A stretch of 63,873 bases of DNA, the filler included, from Trichosphaerium sp. ATCC 40318 (lineage: Eukaryota > Protista > Tubulinea), in NCBI GenBank assembly GCA_038496445.1. It is 5 parts of 5 records of this genome, joined end to end, with 100 filler letters (N's around TTAATTAATTAA, not from the genome) between each part and the next. Parts side by side here need not be neighbours in the genome. Positions count along the whole stretch, not along the records: positions 1 to 15,454 come from JALMLS010000127.1; positions 15,555 to 35,250 come from JALMLS010000437.1; 3 more parts are not named here. One strand, 5' to 3'. The position numbers and the translations under genes were made by a program. The notes under the pieces are model-generated. The model ran no database searches. It was not told the origin of the DNA and worked only from the letters and a program-made list of their open reading frames with translations. This document shows positions 12,189 through 24,833 of this stretch, one piece after another (the stretch's first letter is position 1; every line of letters begins with the position of its first letter).

Positions 12189-12649
12189 TTACATTACTTT
12201 GGCGGCTTTCTTGTAGAGACTGTCTACTACGTTGCTGACATCGGCGATAGTATTTATGGCGTCTGTGTATGTGCTCTAAAAGGGAAGGTAAGAATAGACA
12301 AGTGCCTTTTTTAGCCTATTGCCGGCTTTTCGTACGTCAGCCGGTTTGTCTTCGAATACTATCAAGCAATCCCTTCCTTGGTCTAGAATACCACTCAACT
12401 TGTGATCTAGTATCATCTGTGACAACCTAACCCACGTTAGAGATCGAAAAAAACGGTACTAAATATAAAAAAAAAACCTGTGCGTTTTGTTCGAACAAAA
12501 ATAGCAGCATTAAGGTCACAAGTGACCGGGGGCACTTACTTTCTCTCTACATCAGCAATAGGTAGCTCGATGAGCTTAGCAAGGTGCGATATCTCAACCT
12601 CGGAGTAAGGTTCCACAATCTTTGCTAGATTCTGCTCTAACAGGTTGTC
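12189..12649 (-). CDS. RPN6: 26S proteasome lid subunit Rpn6/PSMD11, C-terminal three exons
   Basis: [37 protein letters not shown]|[26 protein letters not shown]..|[24 protein letters not shown]. Confidence 0.92.
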
Positions 12650-15454
12650 ACAGATGATACTAGATCACAAGTTGAGTGGTATTCTAGACCAAGGAAGGGA
12701 TTGCTTGATAGTATTCGAAGACAAACCGGCTGACGTACGAAAAGCCGGCAATAGGCTAAAAAAGGCACTTGTCTATTCTTACCTTCCCTTTTAGAGCACA
12801 TACACAGACGCCATAAATACTATCGCCGATGTCAGCAACGTAGTAGACAGTCTCTACAAGAAAGCCGCCAAAGTAATGTAAAAAAAAAATGAACAAAAAA
12901 ATACAATCTGATTGAAAAAATGTGTGCTTCTTTACGTTTTTTTTTTCACTTTTAACTCGTTAAAACCAAGACTGATTTTTTACAAAAGCCCACGAAGAGC
13001 TCCTTTTAAATTGTATTATTATTACTATGTTTTCATTATTTGTTTCAGTAGTGTACAAGGGGTTTTTTTTTGTTTTTCTTTTCTTTTTTCCTTTTTTCGT
13101 TGGCGTTCAGTTTCTCTTTTTTGTTATTACACGGTAGCGCCACGAGTAGGGCGAAAAATTGGCTTGTGGTGTTTTCGAAATTCTTCTATCCGGTATTGCG
13201 TAAGCGCTGAGTGTGCTACCATTTCGTGTGGTGGGATAAACTAAACGTTGGTTAGTTAAAATACATTACAGTTTTTTCTTTTTTTTTTGCTTTTTCTCAA
13301 CGCCGTACCTGATTTTTAGGCGACAAAGCTTGTGTAGACGCGCTAGAGTTTGAGAACTTGCCAGGTATTGGTATAGGCGGGGAGCTCAGTTCGTTTAACT
13401 CTTGCTGTTTAGTTTTGTTTTGTGACTGATCTGTTTGGCTAGCGGCAGAAGTGGTTTCAGAGTCGTCCTTACGCTTCGCAGAGCTTGAGGCTTCAACGCC
13501 AACGCCCACAGGTTCTCCCCACTCCATTTCGAATTGTAGATCCATTGCTGTTTCGTTGTTTGGTATAAGTGATTACTGACGGGACCAAAGGAAACTAACA
13601 AAAAGTTTCGGTCGTTTATTTGCCGCGTTCTCTTTGGGATTAACACTAAAATGGGCAAATTTTGGGCCGCAAAGGATTTGCCCGTGAAATTCTCGAGAAT
13701 ACAGAAACTGCAAGAGCTTATTTGCACCACCTTGGATCGGTAAAGCGCATAAAAAATGCGGTCTGCACTCTTTTTTGGGTTTGACTTCGTTTAAAATTTT
13801 ATTCCACAAACCAAGCCGTAACTTTTGTTTGTACGAGTTGCTTTTCGGGGTTAATGAGGACACATCTCCGTTTACTTTCGAGCGTAGTTTCGCGTTCTTC
13901 TTTACAGGTGTTGTGTGGCGAGTGAAAAAGTTTTGTTCATTCGTTCTAGTTCATTTCGCTGTTTTACAAACTGAAGACTTCACGACAACGAGACCCTTTC
14001 GCGCTCTTCCTAAAGTGGGACCACCTCAAGGATTGCTGTAGAAAGCAACCAAATCGTTGCGTTTTAACCAGCTAAACTATTATAAATAGTAACTGGTTGT
14101 AAAGCGCGAAAAGTTATCGTAGTCCACCAATTAGATCGCGTCGATTGGTTTGCGAGTGGTGTAGCAATGCAGTTTTGTCTAATTTTTTCGATGGTATTTT
14201 TGTATAAGAGCTCTTCTAAACCCTCTCAGGCTCGCTAAATGAGTGCAACATACACACTAACGCAATTAGTTCAGCGCTTCCAAAAAGGCAAGTGCCTACC
14301 TTTAAGCTTTTCACAAGTTGCCGCGGGGACCATACGCCACTTCTTGGTACCACTCCCAATGAACTGGGCTTAGTTTAGCAGCTTAGTTTGACGTACTTTG
14401 CAAATTAATTTTTGTAGTATTATTGCTGTTCACGCTATGTACTTCGCTACAAAACGTCTCGACTACTAAAAAGAAAGCATCTTGAGATTGATAAGTTCAC
14501 TGAGCTGTTTTCTGTTTATCGATAGGTAATCGAGTGGTTTTTATGGTTACATTATCAATACGTAACGATTGATTTCCCATCAGGAGTGTTGTTACAGCAA
14601 AACGACTAGGTGGTACGTTTTTCTTGTATTTAGTTTAGTTCAAAAATAACTTCGCCGTCGTGTTCATCTGCCGTTTCGTTGTACAAGAGGTTGCCCTCAA
14701 GGTAGGTATCTATTCGCGAGTTGTTCTTCGCCTTAGAACAGCGCCTATTTTCGGTTAGTGACACGTGTGGAAAGGCAATTAAATATAGGTACCTGAACAC
14801 GATAATGCTAAGAACTATTCCAGCACCTAGTATAATAAACGCTCCCAGTGCAGCCGCTACATAAAACTCCTCTATTTTTGTTGGTAAACTTAGCTATTTT
14901 AGGTTGCTGTTATTTTAAGCGTACCTAGACGAGCAGATTCTGTTACTACTGCTGTGCACTAGGTACATTCGTCGGCGCATTTGGAGCGATAGCAGGATTT
15001 GTAGAGGGTTGTACTACAGGTGCTACATTAGGAGCTTGAGTAGGCTGAACGGGCACATCTGTAGCATTCGTTGGTGCACCGGTAGTAGGCGCTGTAGTAG
15101 TAGCATTAGGTTGCACAGATGGTCCAGTGGGGGACATAGGTTCTTTAGAAGGAGCAACACTAGGTGTTGCTGTAGTGGGTGCTACAGTAATAGCATCGCT
15201 TGGAGCTAACGTAGGCTCAGTTGTAGGTTCTGCCGTTGGTTCTTGTGTTGGAGCAGGCGTCGTGGGAGCAGGTGTTGGAGGACTACTAGTAGGTTCTGCA
15301 GTTGGAGGTACTGTTGTTGGCGGGCTGGTAAGTTCTGCAGTTGGCGCCACTGTTGTTGGAGTAATTGTTGTTGGCACCATTGTTGTTGGCGCGCCAGTAG
15401 GTTCCGCAGTTGGCGCTACTGTTGTTGGTGCTGCCGTTGGTGTTGTAGTTGTTG

Positions 15455-15554
15455 NNNNNNNNNNNNNNNNNNNNNNNNNNNNNNNNNNNNNNNNNNNNTT
15501 AATTAATTAANNNNNNNNNNNNNNNNNNNNNNNNNNNNNNNNNNNNNNNNNNNN
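15455..15554. other. Artificial contig linker
   Basis: N44-TTAATTAATTAA-N44, with stops in all six frames. Confidence 0.98.
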
Positions 15555-16779
15555 GGATAATTTTGATTATTGTAGCGCTTCAAATACGTCTAGGTATTAC
15601 TGTAAGATATTGTTTCCAGGCGACTTCGACAAACCACTTACCACACCAATCACCGTCCAGCTTAAAATCAACCTCTTTGTTAAAAACAACTGTTCCTTTT
15701 TTCTATTTTAGTGTTAGCATTTAAATGCCAAATTCAATTGCAAACGCACGTGGATAACAGAGAAGTTAATTTTAGCTCTGTACGTAATGTGTGGGTCACA
15801 ATCGATGGTTCTAATACCTACCACGTGTCAATAAAAATACCATTTAAATCGATTACCCAGCTGTAATTTCTCGAAGATAGCTTGATTAGTGTGAGCGTTG
15901 AAGTTCGCGACAGCGCATACTACACGAAATATGGTTAATCTAGTGTGCAACACAAACGACTTAAAAATTTAAGTTGAACTGAAAAAAAAAAAAAAAAATG
16001 TTTTTCTGTCTTTGATCACGTGTAACAAAATTACCTCGGAATTTTGTTACATGATATTACGTAATTTGCACAAAACGACTTTTGCTGAAAAATTTGTCTC
16101 GACTTAAAAGACTTTTTAGAGCCAAGAAAGATCCACTATTTGGCAAATTTTTGTTTACCTGACTCTTCACCATTGTTTCGCAGCGAAACGATGCCATTTT
16201 CCTGGATGGTGCATTTAGCTATGTAGTTGGAAGAATCTTCACCTGAGGAAAGCTACGCAAGTCAGTACTTAACAATAGTGTAGGTGTACCGTAAATGTTG
16301 GCGGTGGCATGTATTTTGCGTTTTTACATACTTGGTTGTAGCGGAAGTTAACTAAAGTATCAACTGAATCCGTCGTGATGGAAAATGTGACTATTTGTTT
16401 CTGGTACAGAGGGTTGAACCACGGTTGTTGGTTAACCGCCCGTTGCGATTGAGAAAACTGACTTTCGTTGTACCAGTAACTACAACAATCTTACAGCATT
16501 TGGTCTCGTATATTCAACGTTCGAAGCAAATTGGTTCGAACACTTTTTGTGTTATGAACGACCGCCTTGACCCGTTACAATGTCACGTGGTACAATCAAT
16601 TATAATAGTAAATCTCTATAACACGCGGACAAGCCGCTTTTAGCCTAGTATTAAACGCTACGTACCAAGAACTTGAAGAAAGCCTAAATAAACACTCAGC
16701 ACATTTAAGAGCGTATAGATTGTCTCCTAGTACGTTTTTTTCCAGCCAACAACGGTACACTAACATTCTTCCTAGCAAG

Positions 16780-18020
16780 AGAAACTCTCCTACATGCTGC
16801 TGCCAACAGAGGTGATGTGAGCGTCATTAATTTATTAATACTCCTTGGATGTGTTGTTTAGACGCAACAAACAACTTAGGAAACACTGCCTTGCACTTTG
16901 CATCACTAAAAGGCAACTTTGACGCAGTGGATTGCCTCTTGGATCACGGTACGTTCCCGTTAAAATCCGTGAAGCTGATTTGTTACAAAAACAGGTGCTG
17001 ACACCTCTGTCCAGAATATGAAGTGTAAAACCGCGTTGAACATTGCAGTCATACTTGGGAACGATAAAGTGATAACTAGACTACGTCAGGGAATGAAAAC
17101 TCAACTAAGTCAACGAAACATACAAAATTGTTTGCATAAAACACGTGTAAGAAGCACTCCTTCTTTACCCCAACAAATTCTCTATACACGTTCATGCAAA
17201 TACTGGGGATTTATAAAGATGCTATCAAGTGGTAGAAGTCTAAATAGTGGGGTATGAGTTTGGAATATCGTATTAACCTAATGGCATTTTACTTAGAAAA
17301 AAAACCCGAACATACAAGGTAAAAATATACAACAATTTAGTGTGCATCTACAAGGAAATATCAATGAGTACTATTGTGTTATTAATAGCAAGGTAAGAAA
17401 CCTTGGCTACGTTACAAAAGAATACGAATGTACGGAACCTGAAGTGGAAAAACAAAACTTTGTAGTTGCAACACAATCATGCGAGAATTTTTACAACCAA
17501 GGAACCAAGTACACAGCAGAATTATCATTTCCACGTGGTGGCTATTACATCATTTCTATTAACAGAGAAGGTATTACAGACGCAGTAGTTTATGTAAGAG
17601 TTTATAGCAGTCGTGGCGTAAAAGCTGGAAAAGTTTTTGAGCCTATGGTAAAATATGATTCATTCAAAAAAATTAACCAGGTGTTTGCTGGCGACAAAGA
17701 TCTGAAGCCTTTTACACGTATTACAATTTCTCGCTCTAATACTAAGGAAATGGATTGTGATAATTCCAACCGCAAACGATCAGCGAATGATGAGTACGAT
17801 TCCCTTCCAACGTTTGATTTAACTAAAAATGTGTATAGTGCGAACCCAAACCCAAAGAAGCGACCTAACTTACAAGTGCCTCAAATCATTTCACTAGTTT
17901 AAATTAAACCGTTTGTATTGATACTGATTTTAGACAATAAAGTAGAATTTTATAGCGAAAATGTTTCTAAAGCAACTTTTGCTCAGCTGTATGCGCTACT
18001 GGGCAATAACTGTAGGTGCT
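16780..18020 (+). CDS. Ankyrin-repeat protein with an unknown C-terminal region; boundaries approximate
   Basis: ETLLHAAANRGD..., NNLGNTALHFASLKGNFDAVDCLLDHG|AD..KTALNIAV; then ORF 17342-17902. Confidence 0.75.
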
Positions 18021-18239
18021 AACGCAGCGAATTTTGAGTCATTAAATTCTTAAACAAGGCTGTATAATTTAAGTGTGATTGAGCAATGTTTACAAATGTA
18101 CATGTGTTTTATTTGTGTATTGTTTTTACTGTCTTCGCAGTTTACCTTCCTCAACTCTTTTTTGAAATATTGAATTACATTTCGTAATATCATCAACGTT
18201 TTTAAGACCAGTACCAAGAAGTCTAGCACCACGTGAAAC

Positions 18240-19158
18240 CTAAGCAACAACATCAGAACAACATTCCGTTCTCTGAAAAAAAAAGAGAGAAAAGTTTTCA
18301 AAGCAATAAAGTCGTACGTATATCATCTTCAAGCTCAGGAATACCAACATCAAAGGCATAGTAACTTCTAATATTTCAATATCTACAATATCTGATGTAA
18401 TTGGATCCTTCCATTTTCGTCGTAGAGGATGTTTATGTACAATCTCCATAATTTCTTTTTCAAGTCCCCATAGCTTTTTAATACTTTTTGATTTAAGTAC
18501 ATACCATCCAGATATACCAGACAGACATAAGAAATCAGATGTATTAATTTTAGTCTGACGGTAATAACCCTTAGGTACACCACGACGCTTATTTGCAAGA
18601 ACATCAAATCGGTTACAGCTCACTTCTGTGGATAAGTCAAGGTCGTTGTAAACAGCCAACCCACATTCCGCAGGATCATTTGTGACTGTATCTAGTAAGC
18701 TTTGTACTTTTTCTAGTGTATGGCCGACCTGTTACGAGTGTTAACTTCAAAAAATTCAGAAAAAAACAGTTGACGGAATATTTTTGATTGAGTTGAGTTT
18801 TACATGCTATGGTTCCGTAAGTACCTTGGTGCCATCTGTAAGTATGATATACTCAACGCCTTCGGCGATTAAGCGATTTGTGATCGTTTTCTCTTCAAAG
18901 AGCCAGGAAGCTGCACCGGAAGGGTATTCTGGTAGATCAGGCGACGTACTAGCACACCGAGGCTTTTTGTAAACGCTTGGGATCCACACTATTTTGTCTA
19001 TGTCGTGCCCGAATCCGTTGTGCTCCTTTAAATACGCCAGTATGGCATGTTTGTTTCTTCCTAAACGAGGAGCTTAGTTTACGATTATTTAAATGTTTTA
19101 TACCTGCGCTTAGCGCAATCCGAGTGCCCACTGGCATTAACCGCATGTGATAGCTCAT
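18240..19158 (-). CDS. Hypothetical spliced protein
   Basis: Consecutive minus-strand ORFs with intron-like gaps; no recognised motif. Confidence 0.35.
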
Positions 19159-19565
19159 TGAAGTGCATGTTTCAGGTTTATCGTTTAATTCTACAATAAC
19201 TTTCGGTTTGCTCTTTCCTAACCGAGTTCCTATGCGTATTAATCAGTATGAGACGTATTTTTAGATGCTGTACAATATTACCTAGCCCAGCGCACGAAAG
19301 TACATATAAAACTGTCTTTGAAGGTGTTAATACTGATACCGTGTTGCTCATATAAGTGTTTGTAAATTATGCAGCAAAGTATGCGTAAAGGCCTTTCCCA
19401 TTCATTGAATACTGTGTCAACGAATTTCAAGTAAACAAATACTCTGTGGTGAAAGTACCACTCAGAAGCAAGCCTTGTAGTACTTCCTCTTCTGTTGCAT
19501 ATTTCTCGTAATTTTCTTGCCGAATTACAACAATTAAGGCCTCTGATAGTGCCACGTCAAGTTTA

Positions 19566-21304
19566 TTAATTCTCGTTGGTTACAACTTTGTTGTATGGTA
19601 TTTTATGAGCACAAACACCGTTTTTCTTCTGGTTGGAACAAGAACATCCATCAGGACATACAGCAGGATCAACGTTTTCAACATCCTCCCATCCTACGCA
19701 ATGATAACAAGTAAGGACATAGTCAGGATCATATTTTTTCTTGACAGATAGTAGTTGGTTGTAGGCTTCGATTGAGCCATAGTAACTTATTTGCCAATCC
19801 TCATCAGATACAAAGTTATGTTGTGGTTCATTCCAATATACAAAGTTGTTTATGCCTGTTGGTTTCAATACAGTGTCTGCCCATTTATCAGCCTTTTCTA
19901 TTAAGTCAGGACGAGGTTTTCCTTTATCGACATCCCATCCTACATAACACGTGATAGCGATTGACGCTTTTCTTAAAGCTAGATTTACTGCTGTTTCTTT
20001 ACCAAGAGGATCAAGCGTACCGCTATAACCTCCAACAACAGAATTACAGTAGCAACCAATTAAAGCGCCAGGCCATTCTGTATCTGAATAGTCGTTTAAC
20101 CATTTCGAAATCTTCTCCATCTGACCATCTGTTTTTAAGTCGACAGCTGTTGACATCATATACATACTAACAGCTCCTCCGACATCGCTATAGTTATTAG
20201 CCTTCATAAAGTCGGAGTATGAGTCATGTGTTTGCTGAACTTTGCATGTAAGAAAGGCACAACCAGGTATTTTCGACAGCGGCTCCAATGCAGTTGTACA
20301 CTCTTTTGGATCACCTATACAATACGCATCTATGGTCACAACAGGAGCACCTGTTTCAGGGTCTATAACAGCGATGAAATAAGCACCAGCATTGTTCGGA
20401 GCATCACGCATCCAATCTTGATAAGTGTTCGCAATTTCGTCAGTAATGAGGAATCCTCCGTTGAACTCTGTTACAACTCCAGGATCTTCAAATACCTTGA
20501 ACGTAAGGGAAGTGACGATTCCGAACGGATTTCCCGAACTCCCTCTCAGCGCTCTGAATAGCTCTGGATGGCTATCAGCTGAAGCGGTTATTGGTGTGCC
20601 ATCAGCGAGGATTAAATCGATGGATACAATCAAATCCGCTCCTAAGCCAACCATTCGTGTCAAACGTCCATGACCACCGCCAAGAGCCCATCCAGCAGGT
20701 CCAACAGTTGGATCAGCACCGGTTGAAGCTACTAAGGTATTGCCACTTTCTTCACCAAGCCAGTTTTGTATTTCGCCCCATGTTTGTCCTAACAATTATT
20801 AGCAATTGACAAACAATCGGTCCATTGCTAGCGTACCTGGTCCAACTTTTATTTGTTTTGCTTCCTCGAATAACTCCTTGTCGTTATATTTCTTCATGAA
20901 TATAAGAATAGCATCGTCAACAGAGCTTCTAAGGGTAATGTAAGAACGTTATTTCCTTAAATAATATAGATTATACCTAACATCTTGATGATGTCCTGTG
21001 CTCTTTACAGCAATTCTGATATTGTGCTTAACAGCAAATGCCAAAGTGCTTATAATATCGTCATCGTTCTCGGGTATAACAACAAGAAGAGGTTGTGGAG
21101 GACCAGTGCGAAGATTATACGTAAAAATAGAATGTTTGTAAAGATCATCTCCTTTTTCGAATACTTCACCTTTGATGGTTGACTTGAACAACTCCACGTC
21201 AGTCGTGGTCGGCCATAGATCATCGCCGGTAGAGAAAACTCTTTGGCATCTATGATATACAGCGCAAAGAGTATTATTACTGAGATTAAAAGCTGTTGAT
21301 GCAT
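19566..21304 (-). CDS. Secreted FAD-linked oxidase (berberine-bridge-enzyme/VAO-like), 2 introns, 1-nt deletion near 21228
   Basis: Signal peptide; PGDDLWP; AVKSTGH; TVGPAGWALGGGHG; LFRALRGS; YWNE..YYG..YNQLLSVKKKYDP. Confidence 0.92.
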
Positions 21305-22573
21305 TGTTTGTTGTTTGTTTAGCAATATGAAAAAGTCACGTGATTAAGTCAACATAAACCCGAGTCGGATATTTCTAACGTGAAATTATGCGAGATCACA
21401 AAACCGGCCGAATTATGTAGCCGAGCTTTGATACTTTACGGAGGTATTCTGCTCCTTTAGAACTACACGCTCTTTAAATAATCGGTTACCCTAGACTTTG
21501 TAAAGCTATACTGGTCGGTAATTTAACACACAAACAGCAGTAGATATCTACAATGATTATATCCTATTGGCGGTAGTAGCACTAAGAATGGTTCAGATAA
21601 AATAAAGGCTTGGTCCTTTTTGGTATAACGAGCGGGTAAACGTAAAGCATAATTATGCCACGCGAACCGCCTACATTCGATGAATATGACTATTACAAGT
21701 ACACATTTTTGGTTGAATAGGCATTCCCACAAATGCCGAAAGGATGCCATACTTTAGTGTAATTAAAAAAACCTCACTCTGGTCGGATAGTGGCTGCGCT
21801 GTTGTAATTAATACGATAGATTGCATGTCGAAAATTTATAGAAAGAAAGGAAAGCACCAAAAACAACCGAGTTGGTGACAACGGCAATTTAGCAACGTTC
21901 TTTATTTTGTAGTATTACACCTGCTAATTATTTGCATGTTTAAACCACCCCTACTGGACAAATATGAGATCAAGCGACCAAACAAAGCATTTTCGGAAAG
22001 AACCCGTGCAAGAGTAAAGTGCAGCGTAGCACTTGAAAGTCCTCTTGCTTGTAGTCTTTTCTTTGTTGAATCTGGTTTTTTTCCAACAGCTAGAATTACA
22101 TAGGTGCCTTGTAATGAGCATTTCACAGTAGAAATCGCGTAGGCTTTAATACTAAGTGCCAGACACTGCCACAAATTAGTTTGTTGACAGTTTAAACATT
22201 CTTAGCTAGCACATAACTTGCGCATTACACAAGTAGAAACATGTATACTACTTCTCTGGATACAAAGTTACGAAAACAGTGAACTTCCCTTTACCGTGTC
22301 ATTATATTTAATTTGGATTCTTAGGAGGCTGAATCCATCCGGTTTAAGGATTCAGTTGACGATGCCACAAGATACTCTCTTACAGAAACTCACGTGGAGA
22401 AAAAAAACGTGATTAATAGGAGATGTAAGTGGATTGCGCTTGTTCTTCGTAAAAGATCCGAAAGTGCTACGTTTATAAAGTATAAAGGCCTTGCACAGTG
22501 ACTGTTTGTTACAATCACAATCTGATCTCGGCCGATTTTTTTCGGTCGTTATAAATTCATTGGAGTACTCAAT

Positions 22574-23668
22574 ATGAATAAACACCTCGTCATCGTGTTA
22601 ATAGCTATCGCAGTTGTATACTGTCAGGAGTTTGAGAGAGAACATAAAACAGAGAACGCTACAGTTAGATTTTTCGCTAATAGCAAGGTATCTTCAGTAT
22701 CATTTGTATTTGAGAAAGGAAACGGTATGCCAGTGTACGTTTTATTAATCTTTTTCAAAAAAACTCCTTATTTCACGTACGAATAGACTAAACGGCGTTA
22801 AAACTATCGTAGGAGTCCAGATAAAAGCCACGCCGAGATATTCAGATCATTAACAGGTGAAAAAGCGCCTAAGCTACTCAGCCATCATAAACCAGAGTTC
22901 CAGGACTCAAAACAGGTAAGCACAACCAAAAAAAGGACACGTGTTTTTTGTAAACAAACGTGTTCTTAAAATCTGTGTTTCAAGGCGGAGGTTATTGGTA
23001 AGAGAAATATTGTATGTAATAAGGCATGGGATTATATCGAAGAATTCGTGAAGGTACATTATAATCATGAACGTGATACGTTTGCCTTTTTCTTTCTTTT
23101 TTTTTTTCGATTTCTTCTTCGGTTGTTAATTATTTGGCTTAGCCTATTGATTACTATAACTACCTTTACAGTGATTACTGTAGATCAAGTTTAACAGCTA
23201 GTCCGTAAGTTAGCTCAGCTCCGTATTTTTCCGTGGTGAATTAACACGTGTATTTTATAGAAGCATGAGAGCGAGATTTGTTAACCAACTTACAATGGTT
23301 GTTGAGGGTCATGTATGCTTTCAAAAAAAATATATAATGTTTTCTCGTTATTAACTCTTAACAGGCTTGCAGCGCTTTGCAAATGCGCTGGTATAATAAT
23401 AGGTGGAGTACAAGAGCAGAAAAGTACGTTAATACAGTTATGTACTCATGAGTGTTTCTAAGTCAAAATAGTTGTGCCGCTGCAAGTAGTACTGGTCGCG
23501 AAAAGTTGATTTACTCTTCTTATTACATGAAGGTATTTTTATTTTTATTCTTCTTTGATTCACTGCTTATGCGTTTGTTTTTAGGAATATCATAGACCTA
23601 CACTTAGAGTAGCAACCAGATGTGAAAGCGATGAATGTGAATACCATAGATCCATATGGGATTGCTAA
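22574..23668 (+). CDS. Hypothetical secreted multi-exon protein
   Basis: Signal peptide MNKHLVIVLIAIAVVYC; regular GT-AG introns; Cys/Trp-containing final exons. Confidence 0.55.
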
Positions 23669-24833
23669 GGAATGAACTTTGAAGATAAAAAAAACTGCTG
23701 TTATTTTGTTAGCAATGAAAATAACGTTCTATAAACACGTGTTAGTAAATTAAAATCTCATCATTTTACAATTTTCCCTTGCAACCATAAAATAGTGCTT
23801 AAAAGATTAGACACAAGTAGTAATTCAAATCAAGAACAACATTCTGAAACCAAAATTTCTACAGAAGATTTCCAAAAACTCATTAAATTGAAAAAAAACA
23901 TTTTGTTTGGAAAAAAGTTGACAAGTCGAAACCGTTTTTGTGACATCTCTACTCAGGTTTGTGGGCATGTGGAGCACAAGTTAAACTTTGTTTTGGGATA
24001 CGCCTATGTCTCATTGTTTGGGCACTAAGTAATCCATTCTCATGCAAGTAGGTGTATTTGCTTACCAAACAATCGATGTTTTCATGCTACATCGATATTT
24101 ATTGGATGTACTATCTTCTTATTATTTTACGATCTTTGATGTGCCGCTTTTGTACCACTTATTCACCTTCTTGCCACACTTTAACTATTTCTGTGCCTCT
24201 CTTGTACGCTCCAGTCGGTTTGCCATGTACATCCACTTAAAAGTTTCCACTTTTCGGCTATGAAGCCTAAAATTGTGCAACTTTCCTGTCATTGGGAGCA
24301 TTTTGTTTTGTTACTTTTAATACTGTACCATCGAACTCTTGTAGTACTCCACCTTTACTATTGTTTAATCCTTATTTGATTCAATAGATTACAAGGATAG
24401 AAGTCGGATAACCAAATTTGACAAGCTTGTTGCAATTGAACGACAATCCAAAAAATGAGTATTATCAATTGTATTCACAATGTAATAACTCACAAACGCT
24501 AGCTCTGCGCTAGACTGTCTTACAATAACATATAATTCTTCTTCTAGCATAGTTCCTTGGCTGGACGCTAGAAGCCTTATACAATCTTGCTTTCAAATTG
24601 GGAAACTTACTAATTACGAACTCACATACACAAAACCGCTACTCCTTTGATTTCGTAGGTTTTTTTCTGATGAAGTAAACGTGTCATGTGAACGCAAGAA
24701 TTGCGTGATGTGAACGATGTTTTATTCACGCGAAAAGACTAGTCGTGACTAGTGCATATTCCCTCTATTGCGTTCCACATCGCAATATATCTTCCTGTTT
24801 TCCCTCAAAAATAAACTATCGTCAACCTCCGAG

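Larger units (their letters stand above)
9612..15454. repeat. 2.8-kb near-perfect inverted duplication (arms 9612-12428 and 12642-15454, 213-bp spacer); probable amplification chimera
   Basis: Mirror ORFs in the track; junction microhomology TGACAACCT/AGGTTGTCA; right arm runs to the contig end. Confidence 0.95.

Noticed and set aside
9612-15454. Genuine giant palindrome or hairpin-RNA locus next to Argonaute
   Set aside because: Microhomology junction inside RPN6, an arm running to the contig end, and similar chimeras in the bacterial contig point to an amplification artefact
15499-15510. TTAATTAATTAA palindrome repeated four times in the window
   Set aside because: Always centred in 100-nt N gaps, so it is an artificial six-frame-stop linker; adjacency across it has no biological meaning
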